Source of the DNA: a virus
Reading direction: 5' to 3' (one strand)
IMG/VR virus record: IMGVR_UViG_3300022752_004319
Span: 67,754 to 131,753 of that record
Length of the DNA stretch: 64,000 nucleotides
Shown: positions 1 through 8,924 of the stretch, piece after piece
Layout: every line of letters begins with the position of its first letter
How positions within the stretch are numbered: the stretch's first letter is position 1
The notes under the pieces: model-generated
What the model saw: the letters and a program-made list of their open reading frames with translations, nothing else
What the model was told of the DNA's origin: nothing
Database searches by the model: none
Position numbers and translations under genes: made by a program

Positions 1-11
1 AGCTATTATCA

Positions 12-2780
12 TTACGTGATATTTACTGACCCATTATAAAACCCTACGTTCAATGTTACAAGTCCGACAGGTGGAGGAGCATCCACGCCTATTTCAAGAC
101 CATACTCTAGGGCATTATATCCACAAAATACATTTAATGGTGACAATCCAGCTTGAAGAGTATTAAATCTCAATTTAAATAGTTCTCCACCTTCAAAGCG
201 AAAACTATTTGCACTGCTCCAGACCATAGCAATAGCTTGACCACTTCCACAATTCTGTGTAAAACCAGTACAATTGTCTTGGGGTGATGTGAATCCACTC
301 CAAGTATATGTTATTCGAGGGTTTGCACAACTTAACTTAGTTGGGTCATAAGTTATTTTCATACCCACAACCGTCATATCAATAGGTTCTTTTACTGTAA
401 AAATGACAGGAACTTCAACAATTGAATTTACTTGCGCAGATACTTTTCCAATTGTTACAACATTATAACATAACTGTCCCCATCGTGGTTGTTTACTTGG
501 TGTATTCACCCAAGTTGAATTTGCACCCGTGTTAAAGAATGCAGGTTGGGTTGCAATACTAGAAACACACCAATCACTTAAATCTTGATTAAATAATGTA
601 GCATTTCTAAACATACTTGTCATAGTCATAGTTTCTATTTCGGAAAAATCAAAATATCCAATATCTTGATTAAATGCCGTACAACCGTTGAACATATTTC
701 CAAGGTTTAACCCTAAGCTGGCTTTCTTTTCAAATTCCCATCCAACAATTGGCTGATTAAATATCGTGCACCCTGAAAATATACTAGATTGATTTCCTAA
801 TGTTAGTGTTATACCACTAAATATAGGTGAATTAAAAGATTGGGCATTAGTTAAAAAACTATTGATGATTACACTGAAGCGAGTACTATTAGGTTTTAAA
901 TTCCAATTAGAAAGATTTGAATTAAATTGATAACAATTTTGAAACATCCCACTAAGGGACTCACAAGAATTCATACTCCAACCACTTACATCCCCATTGA
1001 ATACAAAACAGTCTTTAAACATATTAGTTGTTGATGTAACTTTACCCATATCCCACTCATTTAATCTATTAATTGTAGTCAGACTACGACATCCATTGAA
1101 AAAATTATTTAGGACAGTTCCCAATATTGGTAAATCAGGACAATCTACAGAAATCAAATTAAAACAATTATTAAATTGACCAGTTATAGTTGCACCACCA
1201 TTTTGAAACAAGTTAACGTTTCCCCATTGTTTAATCTTTTTTAACATCAATCGTGAAGTTGGAACGAAAGAAAATGACCATAAATTCAGTGTACCATTTA
1301 TTACAATGGTATACGTACCATCCGCCGCATAAGTGTGTTGTGCGTTTATTGAATTAACCGCTTGAACATTGCCACTTTGACCATCACCCCAACTTACTGT
1401 AAAATTATAAGAACCTGTATTCACTAGTGGTAAATAAAATGTACGTAAACTTGCATTAGCCTCAACCTCAATTATGAATGAATCTGGTGATTCAGCACGT
1501 GTTGGCGATACTGTAACTGTGGGTGTTACTGTAGGAGAGACTGATGGTGATATAGTTGGTGTTGGTGTTATATCTGGTGTTACTGGTGGTGTTGCCCCAA
1601 AAGATCTAGAAGTTGTCGGTGATGGTGTATTGGTTGGACTTACAGAATTTGTTACCGTTGGTGTTGATGTTGGTTGTGGTGTTGGTTGATTTGGACAATT
1701 ACTAAAAGTCAAATTAAGATTTCCTTGACAATAATTTGGTTCTTGGTTGATATACCCACCAGTGTAGTTTACTAGGGTTGCCGCAGAATATTGACCAGAA
1801 GGACTAGGAGGTCCTACTATTTTATTAATAAACGTATAAAGAACACCTGTAGAGGGATCTTGAAAGCCATAACCATTGTCAATATCAGAATTACTAGTTT
1901 TTAAGACATAAACATACTTTGCGGTATAAGAACCACCAGACACTGTAGAACAACAATCTTGAAAAATATTATAAGTAAAATTACTTGTAATTGTTGGTGT
2001 AGGCGTTGCAAATGGTGTTGGTTGTACATTAGAACAGTTTTGTATTTGGGAAATAAATGAACTAGATCCTGCAGAAAAAAATGTTGCATAAATGGGTGTA
2101 GAAGGTTCTTGAAGTTGAACATCCATAAACCCTTGCCATCTATTACCAAAAAACGATATAGGTTGATTTGTTGTTAAATCAAATATTCGATCTCCAGCCA
2201 CAAGCTGACTCAAAGGTTTTGTTGTGTATCCTACAGGATTTCCATCGCTTCCCACAAAATTTCGAACCGCAGTACAAAGGAGCCCTGATTGTGTGTATCC
2301 TTGGGCAGGGTATTGAGGTCTGAAAACGTTGTATTTGGTTACACCTGAAGTTGGTGTTATTGTTGGTGTCAAGGTTGGAGTTGTTGTTACTTGAGGTGTT
2401 ACATTTGAATTTCTGGTTGATGTTGGACTATTTGTTGGATTTGGTGTAGACCCTAAAGATTTTGTCGGTGTTGCTGTAACAGTATTAGAAGGTGTGTTAG
2501 GTGGTGTGGTGGTATTTGTTGGTGTGTTAGATGGTGTTGATCTAGGTGTACTAGTTGGTAGTGCGGTTCTAGAGGCTGTTAATGGTGGAAACGAATAAGA
2601 ATCAGTGAATGTTTGTTGTTCTTCCGCTGTTTTTAATGTCCCATCGATATACCAAATATTGATAGTTTCACCTGGATTTACCAAATGATTTGGTATAATC
2701 ATATTATCAGAACATCTTCTATAACTTATAGTACTAATTTTAGATGAATTATTAGTTAATGTGGTTTTTTTACAAAACAT
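12..2780 (-). CDS. Modular surface/virion protein: Thr/Pro linkers, Cys-rich modules, PKD-like domain, DUF285 (BspA-like) repeats, C-terminal cohesin-like domain
   Basis: VSWGDG..HTYAADGTYTI (PKD); repeats WDMGKVTSTTNMF, FNGDVSGW, FNQDLSDWCVS (DUF285); C-terminal VEVPV..MKITYDPTKL..GELFKLRF (cohesin-like); TPT tracts. Confidence 0.75.
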   Translation of the reverse strand: MFCKKTTLTNNSSKISTISYRRCSDNMIIPNHLVNPGETINIWYIDGTLKTAEEQQTFTDSYSFPPLTASRTALPTSTPRSTPSNTPTNTTTPPNTPSNTVTATPTKSLGSTPNPTNSPTSTRNSNVTPQVTTTPTLTPTITPTSGVTKYNVFRPQYPAQGYTQSGLLCTAVRNFVGSDGNPVGYTTKPLSQLVAGDRIFDLTTNQPISFFGNRWQGFMDVQLQEPSTPIYATFFSAGSSSFISQIQNCSNVQPTPFATPTPTITSNFTYNIFQDCCSTVSGGSYTAKYVYVLKTSNSDIDNGYGFQDPSTGVLYTFINKIVGPPSPSGQYSAATLVNYTGGYINQEPNYCQGNLNLTFSNCPNQPTPQPTSTPTVTNSVSPTNTPSPTTSRSFGATPPVTPDITPTPTISPSVSPTVTPTVTVSPTRAESPDSFIIEVEANASLRTFYLPLVNTGSYNFTVSWGDGQSGNVQAVNSINAQHTYAADGTYTIVINGTLNLWSFSFVPTSRLMLKKIKQWGNVNLFQNGGATITGQFNNCFNLISVDCPDLPILGTVLNNFFNGCRSLTTINRLNEWDMGKVTSTTNMFKDCFVFNGDVSGWSMNSCESLSGMFQNCYQFNSNLSNWNLKPNSTRFSVIINSFLTNAQSFNSPIFSGITLTLGNQSSIFSGCTIFNQPIVGWEFEKKASLGLNLGNMFNGCTAFNQDIGYFDFSEIETMTMTSMFRNATLFNQDLSDWCVSSIATQPAFFNTGANSTWVNTPSKQPRWGQLCYNVVTIGKVSAQVNSIVEVPVIFTVKEPIDMTVVGMKITYDPTKLSCANPRITYTWSGFTSPQDNCTGFTQNCGSGQAIAMVWSSANSFRFEGGELFKLRFNTLQAGLSPLNVFCGYNALEYGLEIGVDAPPPVGLVTLNVGFYNGSVNIT

Positions 2781-2814
2781 AATTTTCTTATTTTTTGATA
2801 AATATATTGATATG

Positions 2815-3504
2815 TTATAATCTATCAGCTACGTACTCCCAATCGACAACTCTCCAAAAATTTTTTATGTATTCGTCTCTTCTGTTTTGATATTTGAGGT
2901 AATATGCGTGTTCCCATACATCCAAACCAAGAATTGGTTTTCCACCATCTTTAACAAAACCCATCATTGGATTGTCTTGGTTTGGTGTTGTTATAATTTT
3001 TAATTTACCATTATCTTTAAGTATCAACCAAACCCAACCAGAACCAAATACAGTTTTTGCCGCCTCGTCAAACTTCTTTTTGAATTCCTTAAGGGTTCCA
3101 AAGTTTGAATTTATTCTCGATTCAAGTTTTGTTGGTATTTTTGATGCGTTAGGTGTCATCATTTCCCAAAATAAAGAATGATTATATGCTCCACCAGCAT
3201 TATCACGAATTAATTTTTCGTTTTCTTTGACCGATGAAACAATCTCCTCTAACGACATATTTTCATATCGTTTTCCTTTAGTTGCAAGATTAAGTTTGTC
3301 CACATATCCCTTGTAATGTTTTGTATAGTGAACATTCATCGTTGTTGGATCGATAAACGCTTTTAGTGATGTAAATGAATATGGTAGTGGTTCAACAACA
3401 ACATTACCGTGTTTAATCTTGGATTTTTTTTGTTCTTCTATTAATCTTCTACGTTCTTCAATTTTCTGTTCAATTAACTCAATTCTATTTTCCAAATATT
3501 TCAT
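2815..3504 (-). CDS. sodA: Fe/Mn superoxide dismutase, Mn-type signature, with charged N-terminal extension
   Basis: VHYTKH, GGAYNH, FGSGWVWL, NQDNP, DVWEHAYY motifs; all four metal ligands present. Confidence 0.95.
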   Translation of the reverse strand: MKYLENRIELIEQKIEERRRLIEEQKKSKIKHGNVVVEPLPYSFTSLKAFIDPTTMNVHYTKHYKGYVDKLNLATKGKRYENMSLEEIVSSVKENEKLIRDNAGGAYNHSLFWEMMTPNASKIPTKLESRINSNFGTLKEFKKKFDEAAKTVFGSGWVWLILKDNGKLKIITTPNQDNPMMGFVKDGGKPILGLDVWEHAYYLKYQNRRDEYIKNFWRVVDWEYVADRL

Positions 3505-3540
3505 ACTCCACCAAGACTTTAGTGTCTCTAATAAGTATTT

Positions 3541-6399
3541 TCAATTTCTCTTTTGGTTGATAGATTGAAGTATATTTTCAAGTGCATCTCCTTCAAACAA
3601 CATTGTATCACCCATAACAGTATTAATAATTCTTTTTTTCTTATCTAGAATGTCATAGATAATTCCTTCGATTGTATTTTCGAATAGAGGGTAATAAACT
3701 ACTACTGTATTTTTTTGTCCATATCGGTATGCTCTATCTTCTGCTTGAGAGTGGTCTGATGGTAGAAACGACAAATCGTTCATAATAACAGTTTCGGCGG
3801 CAGTTAAAGTTAAACCAACACCCGCGGCTTTGATATTACCAACAAAGACTTTAACTTTATCATCGGTTTGGAATTTATCCACAGCATCTTGTCTTTCTCC
3901 TTTTGGTGTTGATCCATCAAGTTTTACCGCGACTTTTTTGAAGTGATTATAAATTGCGTTAAGAGAATCAGTAAAGTTACAAAAGATGATAACTTTTTTA
4001 TCTTGATCTAAAATATTTTCACACAGTTCTATTGTTTGTGCAACTTTTTCATTTGCAATAATTTGTCTGACTTTTGCGATTTTGGAAAATTGCATAGTTA
4101 AAGAATTTGACTCACCTCCCTTATCATACCATTCGTAATATTCCCCCATAACTTCTTCGTATTCCCGAGATTTCAATCGCATATAAATTGGAGAAATTAT
4201 TTTTTCAGGTAAGTCTAGTACGTCGTTTTTTAGTCTTCGTAACACAAAAGGTTTTGTTCTTTCATAAAGTTCTTCCAAATTTGACGCACCACTTACATTC
4301 CATATTTTTCTATTACCAGCACGGAACTGATACCCATTACAATAACGCTTGACATAAGCCATCCAATTCTGAGCAACATTGCAGTCAACTAAATTGAGTA
4401 GATTGAAATAATTTATTGGTCGAGATGTCACGGGAGTTCCGGTTAACAACCAAGTTCTTTGTGACATTTTACTAATGTCATTTACAAGTTTGGTTCTCTG
4501 TGCTTGAACATTACAAATCGCGTGGGCTTCATCAACTATTACCAAATCAAATTTTGCGTCACGTATTATTGATTCCGAATCTTTTTCTAATGTGTGGAAA
4601 TTTTTCAAAATATCGTAGTTGATAATAACGTAATCAGCATCTTCCCATTTTTTACCTTCGACAATAGATATGGATTTATCAGAATAATTTTCAATTTCTC
4701 TTTTCCAATTTATTTTGAGTGATGCAGGACAAATAACGAGGGTTTTTTTGGATTGTGCTTCAAGTGACGCAACAACAGCGGTGGTTGTATTGTGTGTAAC
4801 AATACAATGTTGAGCTACGTATAATTTATCTGGAGCATCTACTGAAATACAGGTACAATAATCCTCACCTTGTTTTTCAATTTTACTAATGTATCTACCT
4901 GTTCGATATTTTTGCGGCTCGTTGTATCTTTCTGATTTCCTTTTTAATCTAAATGGATTCATACCTTTAGGTAGTTTTATGTTCAATCGGTAGGATGGTC
5001 TACATTCAATTCTTTCCCCGTTTTTTTTATAAAAACTTTTTCTCTTTCTTTTACGCACAATTCCGCCCAAAGTATGAACAATTTCACACAAATCATCACA
5101 AAGTTTCTCAGATACTGTTGAAAATTCTGTACCACCAAAATTTCCATTTTTAGATAACATACAATAACCATCAGTGTCCATCAATCCTTGGAGTATTGCA
5201 AGACGATTATTTATAGAGGTATATTTGTATATGTCAGGTATAAATTTAGTATGTGACCGAGTATGAGATAGTGATAGATTTTTTAATGGTTCACCGATAG
5301 AAATGGAACAGGTTCGTTTATTATCGTATTGTTTATTTTCTTTAATCTTAAAATTACCAAATAATTCATCGAAATCATCTCGATGAGTTTCGAACTTACA
5401 TGAAATACTTTGGATATGACCGTCTCCTAAAATTAGACCTAATAGATAGGGGTCTATTGGTAGTTCATCGTTATTTTCAAACTCAATTGGTTCTACTATG
5501 GGTATTTGCCATTTGTTAGCCCCGTTAGACCCTCGATAGTGAGTGTTTATTGAGTATGTTCTAAAATTATTGTATCCACGACCTTGATCTTGTATAATAT
5601 GATTTTCATACATTTGTTTTGTGGATAATGTAAGAGTTTTCTTCAACCTATTGTTATTGGAGTTTTTACCATGATTAGAAGAAGACACTGACCAAAGATG
5701 TGACTCATCGGTAAAGATAAAAAATCCATCGTTGAATGTGACTTTATATGTTTCTCGTATACCCTGAGGAAAAACACCAATCACATTAACTGGTTTTCCG
5801 TTTGAGCCAATGACTTTGTCACCAATCATAATATCACCCATTTTTTTGGTTCCATTTGGTGTGTATATCAAAGTTTGGTTTGACAACGCTTTACCGAGTC
5901 CCAAATCATCCGCTAAAATATACTTTTTGTTTTCACACAGAGTTTTTACACCTTCTTTTTGATGTTCGAGTAATGGTCGATGGGAGTATTTCTCAAAATC
6001 AATTTCTACGTTTTTGATTTTATTATCTTTGATTACCGCAGCTTTTGGTATCCAAATATCATGTAAACCTTGATTTTCAAAATAATATCCCCACACGTGA
6101 TAAGCGGTTTCTTTTTCAACTAAAAGTTTTTCTATCCAAATTTGCGTCGGTACTTCTATAAACATTTTTTCATTTGCAATTTTACTCGCAAAATATGTGT
6201 CTAATTGTACCCATTTTTTTGCAACCTTTGGTTCTCTTTTGTGATATTTAATCACATATTCGGTTTGAGTTGCGTTAGGAAAAAATTTAGGATTTGAATC
6301 CCTTTTGTGTTTTAATTTGAGAATAAAGTTATTCGCACCTTCATAACGATCTATAATATCTAAGGCTTGATTTTCTCTTGCGTTTAATTGACTATCCAA
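3541..6399 (-). CDS. SNF2-family (HARP/SMARCAL1-like) helicase interrupted by an intein
   Basis: LADDLGLGK/T Walker A split by insertion; VICPASL, DEAH, LLTGTP, GVGLTLT, QAEDRAYRYGQ motifs; TTG start. Confidence 0.93.
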   Translation of the reverse strand: MDSQLNARENQALDIIDRYEGANNFILKLKHKRDSNPKFFPNATQTEYVIKYHKREPKVAKKWVQLDTYFASKIANEKMFIEVPTQIWIEKLLVEKETAYHVWGYYFENQGLHDIWIPKAAVIKDNKIKNVEIDFEKYSHRPLLEHQKEGVKTLCENKKYILADDLGLGKALSNQTLIYTPNGTKKMGDIMIGDKVIGSNGKPVNVIGVFPQGIRETYKVTFNDGFFIFTDESHLWSVSSSNHGKNSNNNRLKKTLTLSTKQMYENHIIQDQGRGYNNFRTYSINTHYRGSNGANKWQIPIVEPIEFENNDELPIDPYLLGLILGDGHIQSISCKFETHRDDFDELFGNFKIKENKQYDNKRTCSISIGEPLKNLSLSHTRSHTKFIPDIYKYTSINNRLAILQGLMDTDGYCMLSKNGNFGGTEFSTVSEKLCDDLCEIVHTLGGIVRKRKRKSFYKKNGERIECRPSYRLNIKLPKGMNPFRLKRKSERYNEPQKYRTGRYISKIEKQGEDYCTCISVDAPDKLYVAQHCIVTHNTTTAVVASLEAQSKKTLVICPASLKINWKREIENYSDKSISIVEGKKWEDADYVIINYDILKNFHTLEKDSESIIRDAKFDLVIVDEAHAICNVQAQRTKLVNDISKMSQRTWLLTGTPVTSRPINYFNLLNLVDCNVAQNWMAYVKRYCNGYQFRAGNRKIWNVSGASNLEELYERTKPFVLRRLKNDVLDLPEKIISPIYMRLKSREYEEVMGEYYEWYDKGGESNSLTMQFSKIAKVRQIIANEKVAQTIELCENILDQDKKVIIFCNFTDSLNAIYNHFKKVAVKLDGSTPKGERQDAVDKFQTDDKVKVFVGNIKAAGVGLTLTAAETVIMNDLSFLPSDHSQAEDRAYRYGQKNTVVVYYPLFENTIEGIIYDILDKKKRIINTVMGDTMLFEGDALENILQSINQKRN
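4789..5889 (-). mobile_element. Class 3 intein (367 aa) with LAGLIDADG homing endonuclease
   Basis: Begins ALSNQTLI after GLGK, ends IVTHN before T; HLW in block B, TCISV in block F, THN in block G; PYLLGLILGDG and LQGLMDTDG endonuclease motifs. Confidence 0.92.
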
Positions 6400-6414
6400 A
6401 ACAAAAATAAATTA

Positions 6415-6443
6415 AATATAATAATATTATGAATATTTATCAA
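6415..6443 (-). promoter_or_regulatory. Putative sigma70-like promoter of the helicase (TTGATA-N17-TATATT)
   Basis: Hexamers read directly; same pattern at 34211 and 37624. Confidence 0.45.
6434..6440 (+). promoter_or_regulatory. TATTTAT putative late-promoter motif (representative copy)
   Basis: Same heptamer lies shortly upstream of most structural gene starts (see findings). Confidence 0.6.
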
Positions 6444-6448
6444 GAAGT

Positions 6449-6964
6449 ATGGCACAAAATCAAGTTCCAATCACAAGATTAGGTAAATTTTTCGGTCAAG
6501 AAGATTTCGATTTGGATGTTAGTATGGGTCGTGAATGGCTCGATGGTGATATGAATTTTACCATTGTTGTCTATCGCGTAAACAAACAAAAAACAAATCA
6601 AGACGATGTTTATGGTGAGGCGGTACCTCAATCCATAGAGTTTTTACCACCAATATCAGTAAACGCTTATTTGCAAATTATGCAACCAGATATGGCTTTC
6701 TTGGGTAATTCTAAGGTTATACAAAACGAACCAGGTAATATCAAATTCGCTATTTACCAAAAAGATTTGGACGACCTACAAGTTTCCATTAGTTTGGGTG
6801 ATTACATCGGTTATTGGATTACCGAAAATCAAGTAAGATATTATTCAGTTGTTGATAAGGGGATACCCAATTATGACAACAAACATACTTATGCAGGATA
6901 TAAACCTTTCTATGTCAGTTACATTGCAACACCAGTAACTGCTAACGAATTTATGGGGATTTAA
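6449..6964 (+). CDS. Putative neck/head-closure protein (T4 gp14-like)
   Basis: DDVYGEA motif, size, and position upstream of tail terminator and sheath. Confidence 0.5.
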   Translation: MAQNQVPITRLGKFFGQEDFDLDVSMGREWLDGDMNFTIVVYRVNKQKTNQDDVYGEAVPQSIEFLPPISVNAYLQIMQPDMAFLGNSKVIQNEPGNIKFAIYQKDLDDLQVSISLGDYIGYWITENQVRYYSVVDKGIPNYDNKHTYAGYKPFYVSYIATPVTANEFMGI

Positions 6965-6972
6965 GATACACG

Positions 6973-8877
6973 ATGAAAACTAAAATAATAAAAGATCTAA
7001 TTAAAAAATTGTTATCCGAAAATTCAGATACAAACATTATTGGTATTTCATTCGGAAATAAAATTGTAGATGGAAAGTTTACTTCAGAGTTGGGTATTAC
7101 ATTTTATGTCAATGAAAAAATAAAGTATGAAGATGTAAATCCTGACTTTTTAATTCCTGAAAAAATTGAATATATGGGGTATGAATTTTCAACGGATGTG
7201 TCTACTGTGACAACTCAATTGCTATCAACGTGTCCATCTGATTTTTACTCTTGGGAGACAACACCACCCCCAAATAGAGACCTTATTCCTATTTTATCAG
7301 GTGGTACTTCAATAATAAATGGTACTTTGGGTGGATTAGTAATTGATGATACTAGTTATTCTTTAGCAGGGTTAACAAACGGACATGTTGTTGGATGGCA
7401 ATTATTAAATTCTGATGTCAATCCATATTTTCCAGTTCAAGGTTTATACCAAAGTACAATATATCAGGGTGAAGTTGAAGATAATCAAGTTTTAGGAATT
7501 GTAAAGAATTATTATCCTGCCGAAAATGATCCAGCCAACACATTGATTGATGCAGCACTTGTAACAATACCAAGAGAATTGGTAGATTTTGAATCTTCTT
7601 ATCGTCAGATTGGTCTTACAGGATGGACACAACCTATGGATTTTGCAACCACGGAAGAAATCGATGATTTGATTTTTACAAAAGCAAATTTGTATAGCTC
7701 GGGAAGAACGACTGGTGCAAAAGGTGAAGGTGAAATGAAGTTAGTGTGTATGGCAACTAACTATTTTGCTCCTGGTGCTGGTAAAACAATTGATGATTTA
7801 ATAGTGTATGTTGCTAGTGCTACTACAACACCAATTGGTACTGTATGCCCATTTCCTGTTTGGTTGGGTGATAGTGGTTCTATAGTATCCGCTGACATTA
7901 ATGGAACTCGTAAAATAATTGGATTAATCGCAGTGTTTGTTACTTTCAATAACTTAGACGCTTGTGGTGTTTGTAGAATTGACAATATTCGAAATCTTCT
8001 CAAGATTTCACCTTGGACTGGACAAACTGATGTTAATTTTTCAAATTCAGCTATTACTGAAACTATTTTAACAACTAATAACTATTCTGATCCATATGTT
8101 GTCTCAGATTCTAAAACTTTTTGGCAGAGGGGAATTCTACAACCGACCGTAACCCCAACAATAACCCCTACACCGACCACTTCCCAATTTTCTACCCCGC
8201 AACCAACACCGACACCTTCTTTTACACAAACACCAACAAGAACCTCAGACCCGAATTGTTTTCCACAAATAAATGCAACTTGTTACACTTGGTCATTACA
8301 ACTATTACCATTGAATTTCTCTTATTTTTTCTTACCTACAATTGTTGCATGGGCTAAATATACTGATTGTTATGGAACACCTATTATTAAATTAGTAGAA
8401 ATTGCCAATAATCAAATTTCATACATATGTTCAAAAGAACGACCTGTGATCGTTCAAAGTAGAAACGAAGCCAATAACATTTCGAGTGTATCCTTTATTA
8501 GTCAATACATAAATATTACCCAACTCTCACCATGTGGTTCATACTGTGTTAATGTTACTCCAACACCTACATCTACACCTGTAAATTATTTGATTTACGG
8601 TTCTTTTAGTCCTATTGTCGGATCTACCACGGCACTTGCCGCTTGTAATGCTTTAACCAATGAAACCGCGGTAGTTTATGGATACATTACCAAACCTTTG
8701 AGTCAATTGGGTGCTGGAGATGTAATATATGATATAAACACAAATTTACCGAAAGAAACTTTCGGAAATAGATATCGTGCTTTTTCAGAATCACCACTAC
8801 CATTAATAAAATATGTAGCATATTGGCAGGTGAGTGGATCATTAATTACTAGTGTTGTTAATTGTAATGAACTTTAA
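6973..8877 (+). CDS. Trypsin-like (Nal1-like) serine protease with Thr/Pro linker and two Cys-containing C-terminal modules
   Basis: GTLGGLV, LTNGHVV (His), IDAAL (Asp), SGRTTG, GDSGS (Ser). Confidence 0.8.
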   Translation: MKTKIIKDLIKKLLSENSDTNIIGISFGNKIVDGKFTSELGITFYVNEKIKYEDVNPDFLIPEKIEYMGYEFSTDVSTVTTQLLSTCPSDFYSWETTPPPNRDLIPILSGGTSIINGTLGGLVIDDTSYSLAGLTNGHVVGWQLLNSDVNPYFPVQGLYQSTIYQGEVEDNQVLGIVKNYYPAENDPANTLIDAALVTIPRELVDFESSYRQIGLTGWTQPMDFATTEEIDDLIFTKANLYSSGRTTGAKGEGEMKLVCMATNYFAPGAGKTIDDLIVYVASATTTPIGTVCPFPVWLGDSGSIVSADINGTRKIIGLIAVFVTFNNLDACGVCRIDNIRNLLKISPWTGQTDVNFSNSAITETILTTNNYSDPYVVSDSKTFWQRGILQPTVTPTITPTPTTSQFSTPQPTPTPSFTQTPTRTSDPNCFPQINATCYTWSLQLLPLNFSYFFLPTIVAWAKYTDCYGTPIIKLVEIANNQISYICSKERPVIVQSRNEANNISSVSFISQYINITQLSPCGSYCVNVTPTPTSTPVNYLIYGSFSPIVGSTTALAACNALTNETAVVYGYITKPLSQLGAGDVIYDINTNLPKETFGNRYRAFSESPLPLIKYVAYWQVSGSLITSVVNCNEL

Positions 8878-8924
8878 CACAGACGAAAAACAAATCAATT
8901 TTTGATCACTAATATTTATTTTAA

